From positions 107,341-171,340 of the forward strand of contig CAXSGC010000001.1 in NCBI GenBank assembly GCA_964236945.1: a DNA stretch of 64,000 nucleotides, written 5' to 3'. This DNA comes from an uncultured Acidobacteriaceae bacterium (GTDB lineage Bacteria > Acidobacteriota > Terriglobia > Terriglobales > Acidobacteriaceae). The translations under genes and the position numbers were made by a program. Shown in pieces: positions 49,053 to 57,445 of this stretch. Each line of letters starts with the position of its first letter. Within the stretch, counting starts at the first letter, position 1. Below the pieces are notes generated by a model. It did no database searches. It had not been told where the DNA came from and worked only from the letters and a program-made list of their open reading frames with translations.

Positions 49053-50387
49053 CTAGTCCTCTGCCTTGTCGTCGATCGTCAGCATCTGCATCGAGAGCGG
49101 CGGCTCCAGCATGCATTCAAACTGCGCGATGGTTGCGACGGCGCGGCTGATCGTCGAGGTCAGGCACGGCTCCGTCGTGACCACAAACGGCAGGTGATCC
49201 TTGGGAAATCCTGGTCGTTGCAGGAGCGAATCGATGTTCGCGCCGACTGTGGCCAAGGCGCCCGAGATCGCAGAAACGATGCCGGGTTTGTCGCTGACCA
49301 TGAAGCGGAGATAGTGCGGCGCGAAGAATTCGCCGGTCACCTCCATCGCCGTCACCGGAAGCGAGACCTCCGAGCAGCCCTGCGCCACCGAGAGCAGATC
49401 GCTGACGATCGCGACCGCCGTCGGGTTGCCGCCCGCGCCGTGCCCGGAGAAGACGACATCGCCGCCAAACTCGCCCGTCGTGACCACCATGTTCTGCGTT
49501 CCGTGCGACCACGCAATGGGCGATGCGAGCGGAACCAGCATGGGCGCGACGCGCGCGCGCACGGCATTGCCGTTGGCCGGCGGTGCGGCCCCCGCCGTGG
49601 GCAGCTGCGCCCGCGACACTTGCCGGATGGTGCACCCCAGCTCGCGCGCGTACTGAAAATCGATGGCCGCGACGGACGATATGCTCTGCGTCGCAACCTG
49701 ATCCGGATTGAGCTCCGCATGGAGAGCGATGCGTGAAAGGATGCAGAGCTTGGCGCGCGCGTCCAGGCCATCCACGTCGGCGCGCGGATCGGCCTCGGCG
49801 TACCCGGCTGCCTGCGCCTGCCGCAGCGATTCGACGTACTCGGCGCCAGCCTCCATGTGGCTCAGGATGAAGTTGCACGTCCCGTTCACGATGCCGGAGA
49901 GACGCGTGATGCGGTCGCCCTGCAAGCCGTCCAGCGTCGCCGGAATGACCGGGACGCCGCCCGCGACCGAGGCGTTGTAGCGCAGCTGCACGCCGTGCTC
50001 GCGAGCCAGGCCGGTCAGCGCGGCACCGCGGTAGGCGATCAGCTGTTTGTTCGCGGTGACGACCGACTTGCCCGACCGCATCGCCGCGCGCAGCCACTCG
50101 TCCATCGGGTCGAGGCCGCCGATCGTCTCGACCACCACATCCACGTCCGAGCCGAGAACGTCCTCAATCTTGTCGGTCCAGACTGCAGTCTTCGGGACGG
50201 TCGCAGCAGCTTCAGACGCGCGCTTGCGATCGATGCCCCGGTTGAAGATGTAGGCCAGATCAATGCGCGCGAAGTTTTGCGCGGCGAGCAGACGCGCGAC
50301 CGACTGGCCCACGGTGCCGAAGCCGAGGATGGCAACCCGCGTCGTTGGTGATGCGGTCGGTCTTGCTCGGGGGTCTGCTGTTGTCAC
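49053..50387 (-). CDS. hom: Homoserine dehydrogenase with ACT domain
   Basis: GTG start after SD GAGGAG; GFGTVG, VVTANK, ASVAGGVP, GIVNGTCN, DVDGLDA, GAGG and a C-terminal ACT domain. Confidence 0.93.
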   Translation of the reverse strand: MTTADPRARPTASPTTRVAILGFGTVGQSVARLLAAQNFARIDLAYIFNRGIDRKRASEAAATVPKTAVWTDKIEDVLGSDVDVVVETIGGLDPMDEWLRAAMRSGKSVVTANKQLIAYRGAALTGLAREHGVQLRYNASVAGGVPVIPATLDGLQGDRITRLSGIVNGTCNFILSHMEAGAEYVESLRQAQAAGYAEADPRADVDGLDARAKLCILSRIALHAELNPDQVATQSISSVAAIDFQYARELGCTIRQVSRAQLPTAGAAPPANGNAVRARVAPMLVPLASPIAWSHGTQNMVVTTGEFGGDVVFSGHGAGGNPTAVAIVSDLLSVAQGCSEVSLPVTAMEVTGEFFAPHYLRFMVSDKPGIVSAISGALATVGANIDSLLQRPGFPKDHLPFVVTTEPCLTSTISRAVATIAQFECMLEPPLSMQMLTIDDKAED

Positions 50388-50429
50388 GGTCTCTCCTCGG
50401 CGATCTCGCACATCCGCTCGCCTGCAGCT

Positions 50430-50903
50430 CTAGTACGGGATGCGGTTGGAGCTTGCCATCCAGGCGTCGAAGCCGGCTTGCGCTTCTTTGCCCAGCAGAG
50501 CCTTGCTGGGGATCAGCCGGTCTGCGATGGGCTTTCTGATCTCATCGTAGAGCAAGCGGTCGTCGAAGCCGGCGGCGGCCGCATCGAGAGCCGAGCTTCC
50601 GTAGAAGATCGCGTCCAGACGAGACCAGTAGATCGCGGCCAGGCACATCGGGCATGGCTCGCAGCTGGTGTAGATCGCGCATCCGCGCAGCTCAAAGCTC
50701 CGGAGCGCGGCGCAGGCGTTGCGGATGGCGGTCACCTCCGCGTGCGCGGTCGGATCGTTGCTCGCCGTCACCCGGTTCGCTCCGGTCGCGATCACGTCGT
50801 CGCCGCGCACGATGACGGCGCCGAACGGACCACCTCGACCCGCGCGCACATTTTCAACTGCGAGCGCGATGGCCTGTTGCATGAAAGCCGGATTCTCGTG
50901 CAT
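50430..50903 (-). CDS. Zn-dependent nucleoside/guanine deaminase (CDA superfamily, GuaD-like)
   Basis: GGPFGA, DPTAHAE, CEPCPMC; divergent from the purine catabolism operon. Confidence 0.9.
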   Translation of the reverse strand: MHENPAFMQQAIALAVENVRAGRGGPFGAVIVRGDDVIATGANRVTASNDPTAHAEVTAIRNACAALRSFELRGCAIYTSCEPCPMCLAAIYWSRLDAIFYGSSALDAAAAGFDDRLLYDEIRKPIADRLIPSKALLGKEAQAGFDAWMASSNRIPY

Positions 50904-50948
50904 GCGGCTTGCCTGTCCTTCTCTGGAGGGTGCTGGAGATCGAGATCC

Positions 50949-50976
50949 GTGCGGGATAATGTCGATTATGGCACAG
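50949..50976. other. Candidate dif (XerCD) site overlapping the allantoinase start
   Basis: GTGCGGGATAA-TGTCGA-TTATGGCACAG has the 11-6-11 layout with ATAA/TTATG inner arms, and sits in the GC-skew inversion zone. The outer right arm deviates from the usual TTATGTTAA. Confidence 0.45.
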
Positions 50977-52314
50977 GCTTTCTTGTCAGACAGGATCGTC
51001 ACCGAGGACGGGATCCGCGACGGCGCTCTCCTGGTCGAGGACGGACGGATCGTCAGTCTCTGCGCGGCGTCCGAGGTACCCGCCGACGCAGACCGCATCG
51101 ATTGCGGACGGAGCGCGATCCTGCCCGGTCTGGTCGACACGCACGTTCACCTGAACGAGCCGGGGCGCACCGAATGGGAGGGCTTCTGGACCGGCACGCG
51201 CGCGGCCGCCGCGGGAGGATATACGACGCTGGTCGACATGCCGCTGAACTGCCTGCCCGAGACCACGACGGTCGAGGCGCTCGACGCCAAGCGCGCCGCC
51301 GCGCATGGGCAAACCTTTGTGGACTGGGCGGCGTGGGGCGGCGCGGTGACCGGCAACCAGGGGCATCTGCTGCCGCTCGCAGGGGCCGGCGTTCGCGGAT
51401 ACAAGTGCTTTCTGCTCTACCCCGGATGCGACGGTTTCACGATGATCAGCCTGAGCGATCTGGAAGAGGCGCTTCCGCAGATCAGGCGTTCGGGACTCCC
51501 GCTGCTGGTGCATGCCGAGCTCGCCGGACCCATCGAGCGCGCGACGGAAGCACTGGCGCAGAGCGACTGGAGGAGCTACGCAACGTATCTCGCCTCGCGC
51601 CCGGACACGGCCGAGATCGACGCCATCCGGTGCCTGATCGATCTCTGCCGCACCCATCGATTTCACCTGCACATCGTCCACCTTTCGACCGCGCTGGCGC
51701 TGCCGCTGCTGCGCGAGGCGCGGGCCGAGGGCTTGGCCATTACGATTGAGACCTGCCCGCACTACCTCCACTTCGCGGCCGAAGAGATCCGCGACGGAGC
51801 GACGCTGCTGAAGTGCGCGCCTCCGCTGCGTGGAAGAGCGAACCGCGAAGCTCTGTGGGACGCGCTCCGGGACGGAACCATCGACCTGATCGCGACCGAC
51901 CACTCGCCCTGTCCGCCAGAGATGAAAGAGCTGGCGAGCGGACGTTTCGACCAGGCCTGGGGAGGCATCGCCAGCCTCTCGCTCGCGCTCCCGGTCGTCC
52001 ATACCGAGGCTTGTCGGCGCGGTTTCAAGCTGTCCGACATCGCTCGCTGGATGAGCCAGGCGCCGGCACAGCTGGCGGGGATCGGCCACGTCGCGGGCGC
52101 GCTCGGGCCGGGGCGCGAGGCGAACTTCGTCGTCTTCGATCCCGAAGCTGAGTTTGTCGTCACTCCGGAGCACCTGCACTTTCGCCATCCGATCTCGCCT
52201 TACGTCGGAGAGACGCTCCTGGGCGTTGTCACGGCGACGTACCTGCGCGGAGATCCGGTGTGGGACGGCGCGACGTTTGAGGCTCAGCCGCGCGGCCGCG
52301 AGGTCACGGTATGA
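50968..52314 (+). CDS. allB: Allantoinase
   Basis: LPGLVDTHVHLNEPGRTEWEGF, GGYTT, DMPLN, VHAE, HIVH, ETCPHYL, KCAPP, ATDHSP, WGGIASL. Confidence 0.95.
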   Translation: MAQAFLSDRIVTEDGIRDGALLVEDGRIVSLCAASEVPADADRIDCGRSAILPGLVDTHVHLNEPGRTEWEGFWTGTRAAAAGGYTTLVDMPLNCLPETTTVEALDAKRAAAHGQTFVDWAAWGGAVTGNQGHLLPLAGAGVRGYKCFLLYPGCDGFTMISLSDLEEALPQIRRSGLPLLVHAELAGPIERATEALAQSDWRSYATYLASRPDTAEIDAIRCLIDLCRTHRFHLHIVHLSTALALPLLREARAEGLAITIETCPHYLHFAAEEIRDGATLLKCAPPLRGRANREALWDALRDGTIDLIATDHSPCPPEMKELASGRFDQAWGGIASLSLALPVVHTEACRRGFKLSDIARWMSQAPAQLAGIGHVAGALGPGREANFVVFDPEAEFVVTPEHLHFRHPISPYVGETLLGVVTATYLRGDPVWDGATFEAQPRGREVTV

Positions 52315-52843
52315 TCGCCGCAGAGATGACGACCTCCGTTCTCGATCTGTGGAATCAACTCGACATGGCCGAGGCCGCACAGGAGATCCTGCCTGCTGCG
52401 GCTCCGAAATCTGGGCGCGCGGTGTCGCGGAGCGGCGGCCTCTGGAGGACCACGCAGATCTGCTCGCGGCCAGTCGTGCAGCCTTCGCCGGCCTCACTTC
52501 GCGAGATTGGACGGCGGCTTTTGAGAGCCACCCGCGCATCGGCGAGCAGCACGCGGCGGGCGAGGCGACCGGCCGATCACTCGCGTGGAGCCGGGCTGAG
52601 CAGAGCTCCGCCGACGCTGACAACGAACATGTCGCGCACCTGCTGCGGGAAGGCAACCGGGCGTACGAGGCGCGCTTCGGCCAGATCTTCCTGGTCTGCG
52701 CCGCCGGCAGGAGCAGGTCGGAGATCCTCGCGATCCTGAACGCCCGTATGCTCAACGACCCCGAAACCGAGCAGACGGTCGCCCGAGCCGAGCAGGAGCG
52801 CATCACGGCTTTGCGGCTCGAACGCTGGCTCGGGGGAGCGTAG
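52311..52843 (+). pseudogene. uraD: OHCU decarboxylase with a 1-bp deletion frameshift near 52392-52393 (real lesion or sequencing error)
   Basis: N-terminus MTTSVLDLWNQLDMAEAAQEILP is in the 52311 frame; the conserved CCGS, HPRIG, SRAEQ, GNRAYEARFGQIFLVCAAG and EQERITALRL part is in another frame. Junction ATC CTG CC|TGC TGC GGC. Confidence 0.85.
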
Positions 52844-52846
52844 CGG

Positions 52847-53185
52847 ATGGGCATCTCGACCCACATCCTCGACACCTCCCTAGGCCGTCCGGCCGCGGCG
52901 GTCCCAGTCTCGCTCGCGCGTCTTGAGCGCGAACATTGGACCACGATCGCGCATCGAGAGACCGACCGCGACGGCCGCTGCAAAGACCTCCTCTCAGTCG
53001 ACACCTCGATCGCATCCGGCATCTACCGCCTGCGCTTCGAGACGTCCGTCTACTTCGGGCGCCTCGGCTCGCGGAGCCTCTATCCTTACGTCGAGATCGT
53101 CTTCGAGGTCCCCGACCCGGCCGCCCACTTTCACATCCCGCTGCTCCTGAGCGCGAACAGCTACACCACGTATCGAGGAAGCTAG
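52847..53185 (+). CDS. uraH: 5-hydroxyisourate hydrolase (transthyretin-like)
   Basis: ISTHILD, TDRDGR, YP, HFHIPLLLS and the C-terminal YRGS signature. Confidence 0.96.
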   Translation: MGISTHILDTSLGRPAAAVPVSLARLEREHWTTIAHRETDRDGRCKDLLSVDTSIASGIYRLRFETSVYFGRLGSRSLYPYVEIVFEVPDPAAHFHIPLLLSANSYTTYRGS

Positions 53186-53191
53186 ATCGGC

Positions 53192-54040
53192 ATGCATCGG
53201 CTCACCGCAAATCGTTACGGAAAATCGCGCGTTCGTCTGCTCAAAGTCACACGTAACCTCGACGAGCACAATCTCTCCGAGTGGACCGTGCAGGTGCTCC
53301 TCCGCGGCGACTTCGAAGCGGCACACACCGCAGGGGACAACAGCAAGATCCTCGCAACCGACACCATGAAGAACACGGTCTACTCGGTCGCTCGATCGAG
53401 CTTGGCCGACTCGATGGAGGCCTACGCAAAGGAACTCATCGGCTTCATCCTCGACCGCAATCCGCAGGTCGGATCGGCCGAAGTCACGGTCGAAAGCGCG
53501 CTCTGGAAGCGCCTCACGGTCGACGGCAGGCCGCATCCGTCGAGCTTCATGCGCGGCAGCGCCGAGCGGCAGACCACGGTGGTCGGGCAGACGCAGAGCG
53601 GCCCTTTTCAGATCACCTCCGGCCTCGACGACCTCACGCTGATGAAGACCGCCGACTCTGGATTTTCAGGCTTTATTCGGGATTCCTTGACCACTCTGCC
53701 GGAGACGGACGACCGTCTTCTCGGCACTTCCATGCGCGCACGCTGGCCGTATCTGCGCGAGGATCTCGACTTCAACACCGTTCGCGATCAGGTGCGCGAG
53801 AGCCTGCTCGCGACGTTTGCCAACCACAGGAGTCGATCCGTGCAGGAGACGCTCTTTGCGATGGCGGCGGCAGCGCTCGATCGCACGCCGGAGATCGATG
53901 AGATCGAGATTGCGATGCCCAACAAGCACGCTCTGCTGGTCGATCTCGCGCGCTTCGGGCAGACCAATCCGAACCAGATCTTTGTGCCTACGGACGAGCC
54001 GCATGGATACATCGAGGCGCGTGTCCAGCGTGCGCGCTAA
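53192..54040 (+). CDS. pucL: Urate oxidase (uricase)
   Basis: YGKSRVRL, ATDTMKN, KTADSGF, TLPETDDR, SVQETL, MPNKH, PHGYIEA. Confidence 0.95.
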   Translation: MHRLTANRYGKSRVRLLKVTRNLDEHNLSEWTVQVLLRGDFEAAHTAGDNSKILATDTMKNTVYSVARSSLADSMEAYAKELIGFILDRNPQVGSAEVTVESALWKRLTVDGRPHPSSFMRGSAERQTTVVGQTQSGPFQITSGLDDLTLMKTADSGFSGFIRDSLTTLPETDDRLLGTSMRARWPYLREDLDFNTVRDQVRESLLATFANHRSRSVQETLFAMAAAALDRTPEIDEIEIAMPNKHALLVDLARFGQTNPNQIFVPTDEPHGYIEARVQRAR

Positions 54041-54053
54041 GGAGCTCGGGCCG

Positions 54054-55334
54054 ATGAGCGACACCGCGCGCGCCGTGGACATCCTCCATCGCTGCCGCGA
54101 GATCAGCCGATGCACGGAGGTCCCCGGCACCATCACGCGCGGATATCTGTCCGAGCCCATGCACGCGGTGCATCGGCTCTTACGCGAGTGGATGAGCTCG
54201 GCCGGCATGGAGGTTCGCCTGGACGCCGCGGGCAACCTGCGGGGTCTGCGCCGCACGTCCACCCCTGGGTCGCCGCGGCTTCTGCTCGGATCGCACCTCG
54301 ATACCGTTCCCGATGCCGGAGCGTTCGACGGCGTCTTCGGGGTCGTGCTCGCCGTCGCCGCGGTCGAAGCGCTTGGAGACGTGTCGCTGCCGTACGAGAT
54401 CGAAGTCATCGGCTTCTCGGAGGAGGAGGGCGTCTGCTTCGGCAAGCCGTTTCTCGGCAGCCTGGCCGTCGTCGGCCAGATCGACCCGGCAACGCTGGCG
54501 CGGTCGGATCGGCATGGCGTCACCGTCGCCGAGCGACTTCGCCGCTTCGGCCTCAACCCGGACGACCTCTCCGACGCCCGGCTCGCCGCGAACACCGCCG
54601 CCTACATCGAGGTGCACATCGAACAGGGTCCGGTCCTCGACACCGCAGGCGAGTCGATCGCGGTTGTGACGTCGATCGTCGGCCAGTTGCGCCTGCTGTT
54701 TCACTTCCGCGGACAAGCCAACCACGCCGGCACGACGCCCATGCACCTGCGCCGCGACCCCGTCGTCGCCGCCGCGGAGTGGATCGTCGCGATCGAACGT
54801 TTGGCGAGCGACGTCTCCGGCCTCGTCGCCACGACCGGCCACCTCCGCGCCCACCCCGGAGCCGTCAACGTCATCGCGGGCGCGGTCGAGGCGACCCTCG
54901 ACGTTCGGCATGAGATGGATGTAACGCGAGAGAACTTCGCCCGATCCGCGATCGACACCGCCCGCGAGATCGCCGCGCGCCGTGGCCTTACGGTGGACGC
55001 CAGACTTGAGACCGAACAGAGCTCCGTGCCGATGCATCCCGGTCTCGTCCGCCAGCTCTGCTCCGCGGCTGAAGAAGCGCTTGGATCTCCTGTCCGGACG
55101 ATGCCGAGCGGTGCCGGCCACGACGCCATGATCCTGGCCCGGAGCGTTCCCTCGGCGATGCTCTTCGTTCGCAGCCCCGGCGGCATCAGCCATCATCCGG
55201 AAGAAGCTGTGCTCCATGACGACGCCGCCGCCGCGCTCCGCACCCTCACAGCGTTCGTCCATAGGTTCGGCCAAACCGGCGCACTCGGCTCGCCTGATAT
55301 CTTGGGCGGGAATGGTCCTGATGCCCATGCATAA
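54054..55334 (+). CDS. allC: Allantoate amidohydrolase (M20 family)
   Basis: DAAGN, GSHLDTVPDAGAFDG, FSEEEG, FLGS, HIEQGPVL, HAGTTPM, SGAGHDAM, GGISHHPEE. Confidence 0.88.
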   Translation: MSDTARAVDILHRCREISRCTEVPGTITRGYLSEPMHAVHRLLREWMSSAGMEVRLDAAGNLRGLRRTSTPGSPRLLLGSHLDTVPDAGAFDGVFGVVLAVAAVEALGDVSLPYEIEVIGFSEEEGVCFGKPFLGSLAVVGQIDPATLARSDRHGVTVAERLRRFGLNPDDLSDARLAANTAAYIEVHIEQGPVLDTAGESIAVVTSIVGQLRLLFHFRGQANHAGTTPMHLRRDPVVAAAEWIVAIERLASDVSGLVATTGHLRAHPGAVNVIAGAVEATLDVRHEMDVTRENFARSAIDTAREIAARRGLTVDARLETEQSSVPMHPGLVRQLCSAAEEALGSPVRTMPSGAGHDAMILARSVPSAMLFVRSPGGISHHPEEAVLHDDAAAALRTLTAFVHRFGQTGALGSPDILGGNGPDAHA

Positions 55335-56085
55335 CACCGGCAGCACGCGCAGCCACAGCAGCCGCGATCACCTCCTGCAGACGCCGGACACGTTTGTGCG
55401 GACGCCGCTTCCATGCCTCGATCGCGCGGTCGCGATCGTCCACATTGCACCGGCCGGGGGTGCCGCCTTTGCCCAGTACACGGTCGAGTTCGAAGCGGCG
55501 GGCCTGATGCGAAGCTCCGGCTTCGAGCGCTTTGTTTACGTTCTCGAAGGCGAGCTTACGCTCCACCTCGCGGAGCAGCAGCACCTTCTGCGCAAAGGCA
55601 GCTTCGCCTATCTGCCGGCCACGCAGACGCATCGGTTCAGCGCTCTCGGCCGCGCTCGCGCCGTCGTCTTCGAGCTTCCGCCTCGGACTTCGGAGACGGA
55701 ACCAGGGGCCGCCGGCGCAGTCGAATCCGAACCCTCGTTCCTGATCGGCCACGAGCCGGAAATCCCTCCCTCCGCGCTTCTGGACGACCCGAGCATCCAG
55801 GTGCGATCGCTCCTTCCCGAAAACATTGGCGTCCGCTTCGCCGTCAACACGATGACCTACGACCCTGGAGCTTCGCTCAGCATGGTCGAGGTCCACGTCA
55901 TGGAGCACGGCCTCCTGATGCTCGAAGGCGGCGGCATCTATCGTCTCGGCAGCAGATGGTCTCCCGTCCGGGCAGGCGATTTCATCTGGATGGCGCCGTT
56001 CTGTCCGCAGTGGTTCGGGGCCCTGGGAAAGACGCCCGCGAAGTATCTCATCTACAAGGATTGGAACCGGCATCCGATCGGATAG
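55321..56085 (+). CDS. allE: (S)-ureidoglycine aminohydrolase (bicupin)
   Basis: EVHVMEHGLLMLEG, GIYRLG, GDFIWMAPFCPQW, YLIYKDWNR. Confidence 0.93.
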   Translation: MPMHNTGSTRSHSSRDHLLQTPDTFVRTPLPCLDRAVAIVHIAPAGGAAFAQYTVEFEAAGLMRSSGFERFVYVLEGELTLHLAEQQHLLRKGSFAYLPATQTHRFSALGRARAVVFELPPRTSETEPGAAGAVESEPSFLIGHEPEIPPSALLDDPSIQVRSLLPENIGVRFAVNTMTYDPGASLSMVEVHVMEHGLLMLEGGGIYRLGSRWSPVRAGDFIWMAPFCPQWFGALGKTPAKYLIYKDWNRHPIG

Positions 56086-56117
56086 AAGCGCCGGACGACC
56101 TAAATACAAGGACGCAC

Positions 56118-57425
56118 ATGCTGGACACCACTGAACTTCCGGATGGCTCGCAGGTCGGCTTCCCCGACGCCGACCCGATACAAATTGATGCAGCGAAGCT
56201 CAGCGCCGAACTCGCCGAACTCGCCAACTTCAGCGACGCTCCAGCCGCGCCTGCAGGTACCGCCGTCACGCGCATCGTCTTCTCCGAGCAGGATCGTCGG
56301 GCGCGCGCATGGCTGAAACATCTCGCCTCGGACGCCGGTCTCGATACACGCGAGGACGCGGTCGGCAATACCTTCTTCCGCTGGTCCGGAACCGATCCGT
56401 ATCTGCCCGCGGTCGCCACCGGATCGCACATCGACGCCATCCCGCACGCGGGCATGTACGACGGAACCGTCGGCGTGCTCGGCGGTCTGGAGGCCATCCG
56501 GGCGCTGCGGCGAAGCGGCTTCCGGCCGCGGCGCTCGATCGATCTGGTCCTCTTCACCTCCGAGGAGCCTACCCGCTTCGGCATCGGCTGTCTGGGAAGC
56601 CGTCTGCTCGCGGGTGTCCTCACCCCTGAGCGCGCAGCCACCCTGCGCGACCCGGACGGCGCTACCCTGGATCAGCTTCGCGAAGCCGCCGGCTTCCACG
56701 GACCAATCTCCGCCGTACCACTTTCTCAAGGTCACTACAGCGCTTGGCTCGAACTGCACATCGAACAGGGGCCGCTGCTCGAACGCGAAGGCCTTCCGCT
56801 CGGCATCGTCACCGGCATCGCCGCGCCCGCCGGATATCGCTTCGAGATCATGGGTCTCGGCGGCCACGCCGGCGCCCTCCTGATGCCCGACCGGAGGGAC
56901 GCGCTCTGCGCCGCCGCCGAGGTGATCCTCTCGGTCGAGCGACGGACGCTCGAAACCGGCGCCATCGACACCGTCGCGACCGTCGGCACCTGCCAGGTCC
57001 ACCCCGGCGCGGTCAACAGCGTTCCGAGCCGCGTCGGGCTTGAACTCGATCTGCGCGACACGGATCCAGGACGCCGCGATGAAGTCATCGCCGCCATCCG
57101 CGGCGACATCGCCGAGATCGCATCGAAGCGCGGCGTCCACATCACCGAGCAATTCGTCAACGCCGACCAGCCCGCCGCCTGCTCGACCGAGCTCATCGAT
57201 CTGCTCGAAAGCTCCGCGGACGCGATCGGAGCTCCGTCTCGCCGGATGGTCAGCCGCGCGTACCACGACTCGCTCTTTCTGGCCCGCATCGCCCCCATCG
57301 GCATGCTCTTTATCCCCTGCCGGGGGGGCATCAGCCATCGTCCCGAAGAGTACGCCAGCCCTGAAGACATCGCGCTCGGCACCCGCGTTCTGGCGCTCGC
57401 GCTTGCTAAGCTAGCATCGGTGTAG
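56118..57425 (+). CDS. M20 amidohydrolase, probably ureidoglycolate amidohydrolase (plant UAH-like)
   Basis: GSHIDAIP, FTSEEPTRFGIGCLGSR, HIEQGP and SRAYHDSLF closely resemble plant UAH motifs as recalled; follows allE in the operon. Confidence 0.8.
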   Translation: MLDTTELPDGSQVGFPDADPIQIDAAKLSAELAELANFSDAPAAPAGTAVTRIVFSEQDRRARAWLKHLASDAGLDTREDAVGNTFFRWSGTDPYLPAVATGSHIDAIPHAGMYDGTVGVLGGLEAIRALRRSGFRPRRSIDLVLFTSEEPTRFGIGCLGSRLLAGVLTPERAATLRDPDGATLDQLREAAGFHGPISAVPLSQGHYSAWLELHIEQGPLLEREGLPLGIVTGIAAPAGYRFEIMGLGGHAGALLMPDRRDALCAAAEVILSVERRTLETGAIDTVATVGTCQVHPGAVNSVPSRVGLELDLRDTDPGRRDEVIAAIRGDIAEIASKRGVHITEQFVNADQPAACSTELIDLLESSADAIGAPSRRMVSRAYHDSLFLARIAPIGMLFIPCRGGISHRPEEYASPEDIALGTRVLALALAKLASV

Positions 57426-57445
57426 CGTCCGCACCTCCCTATCGC

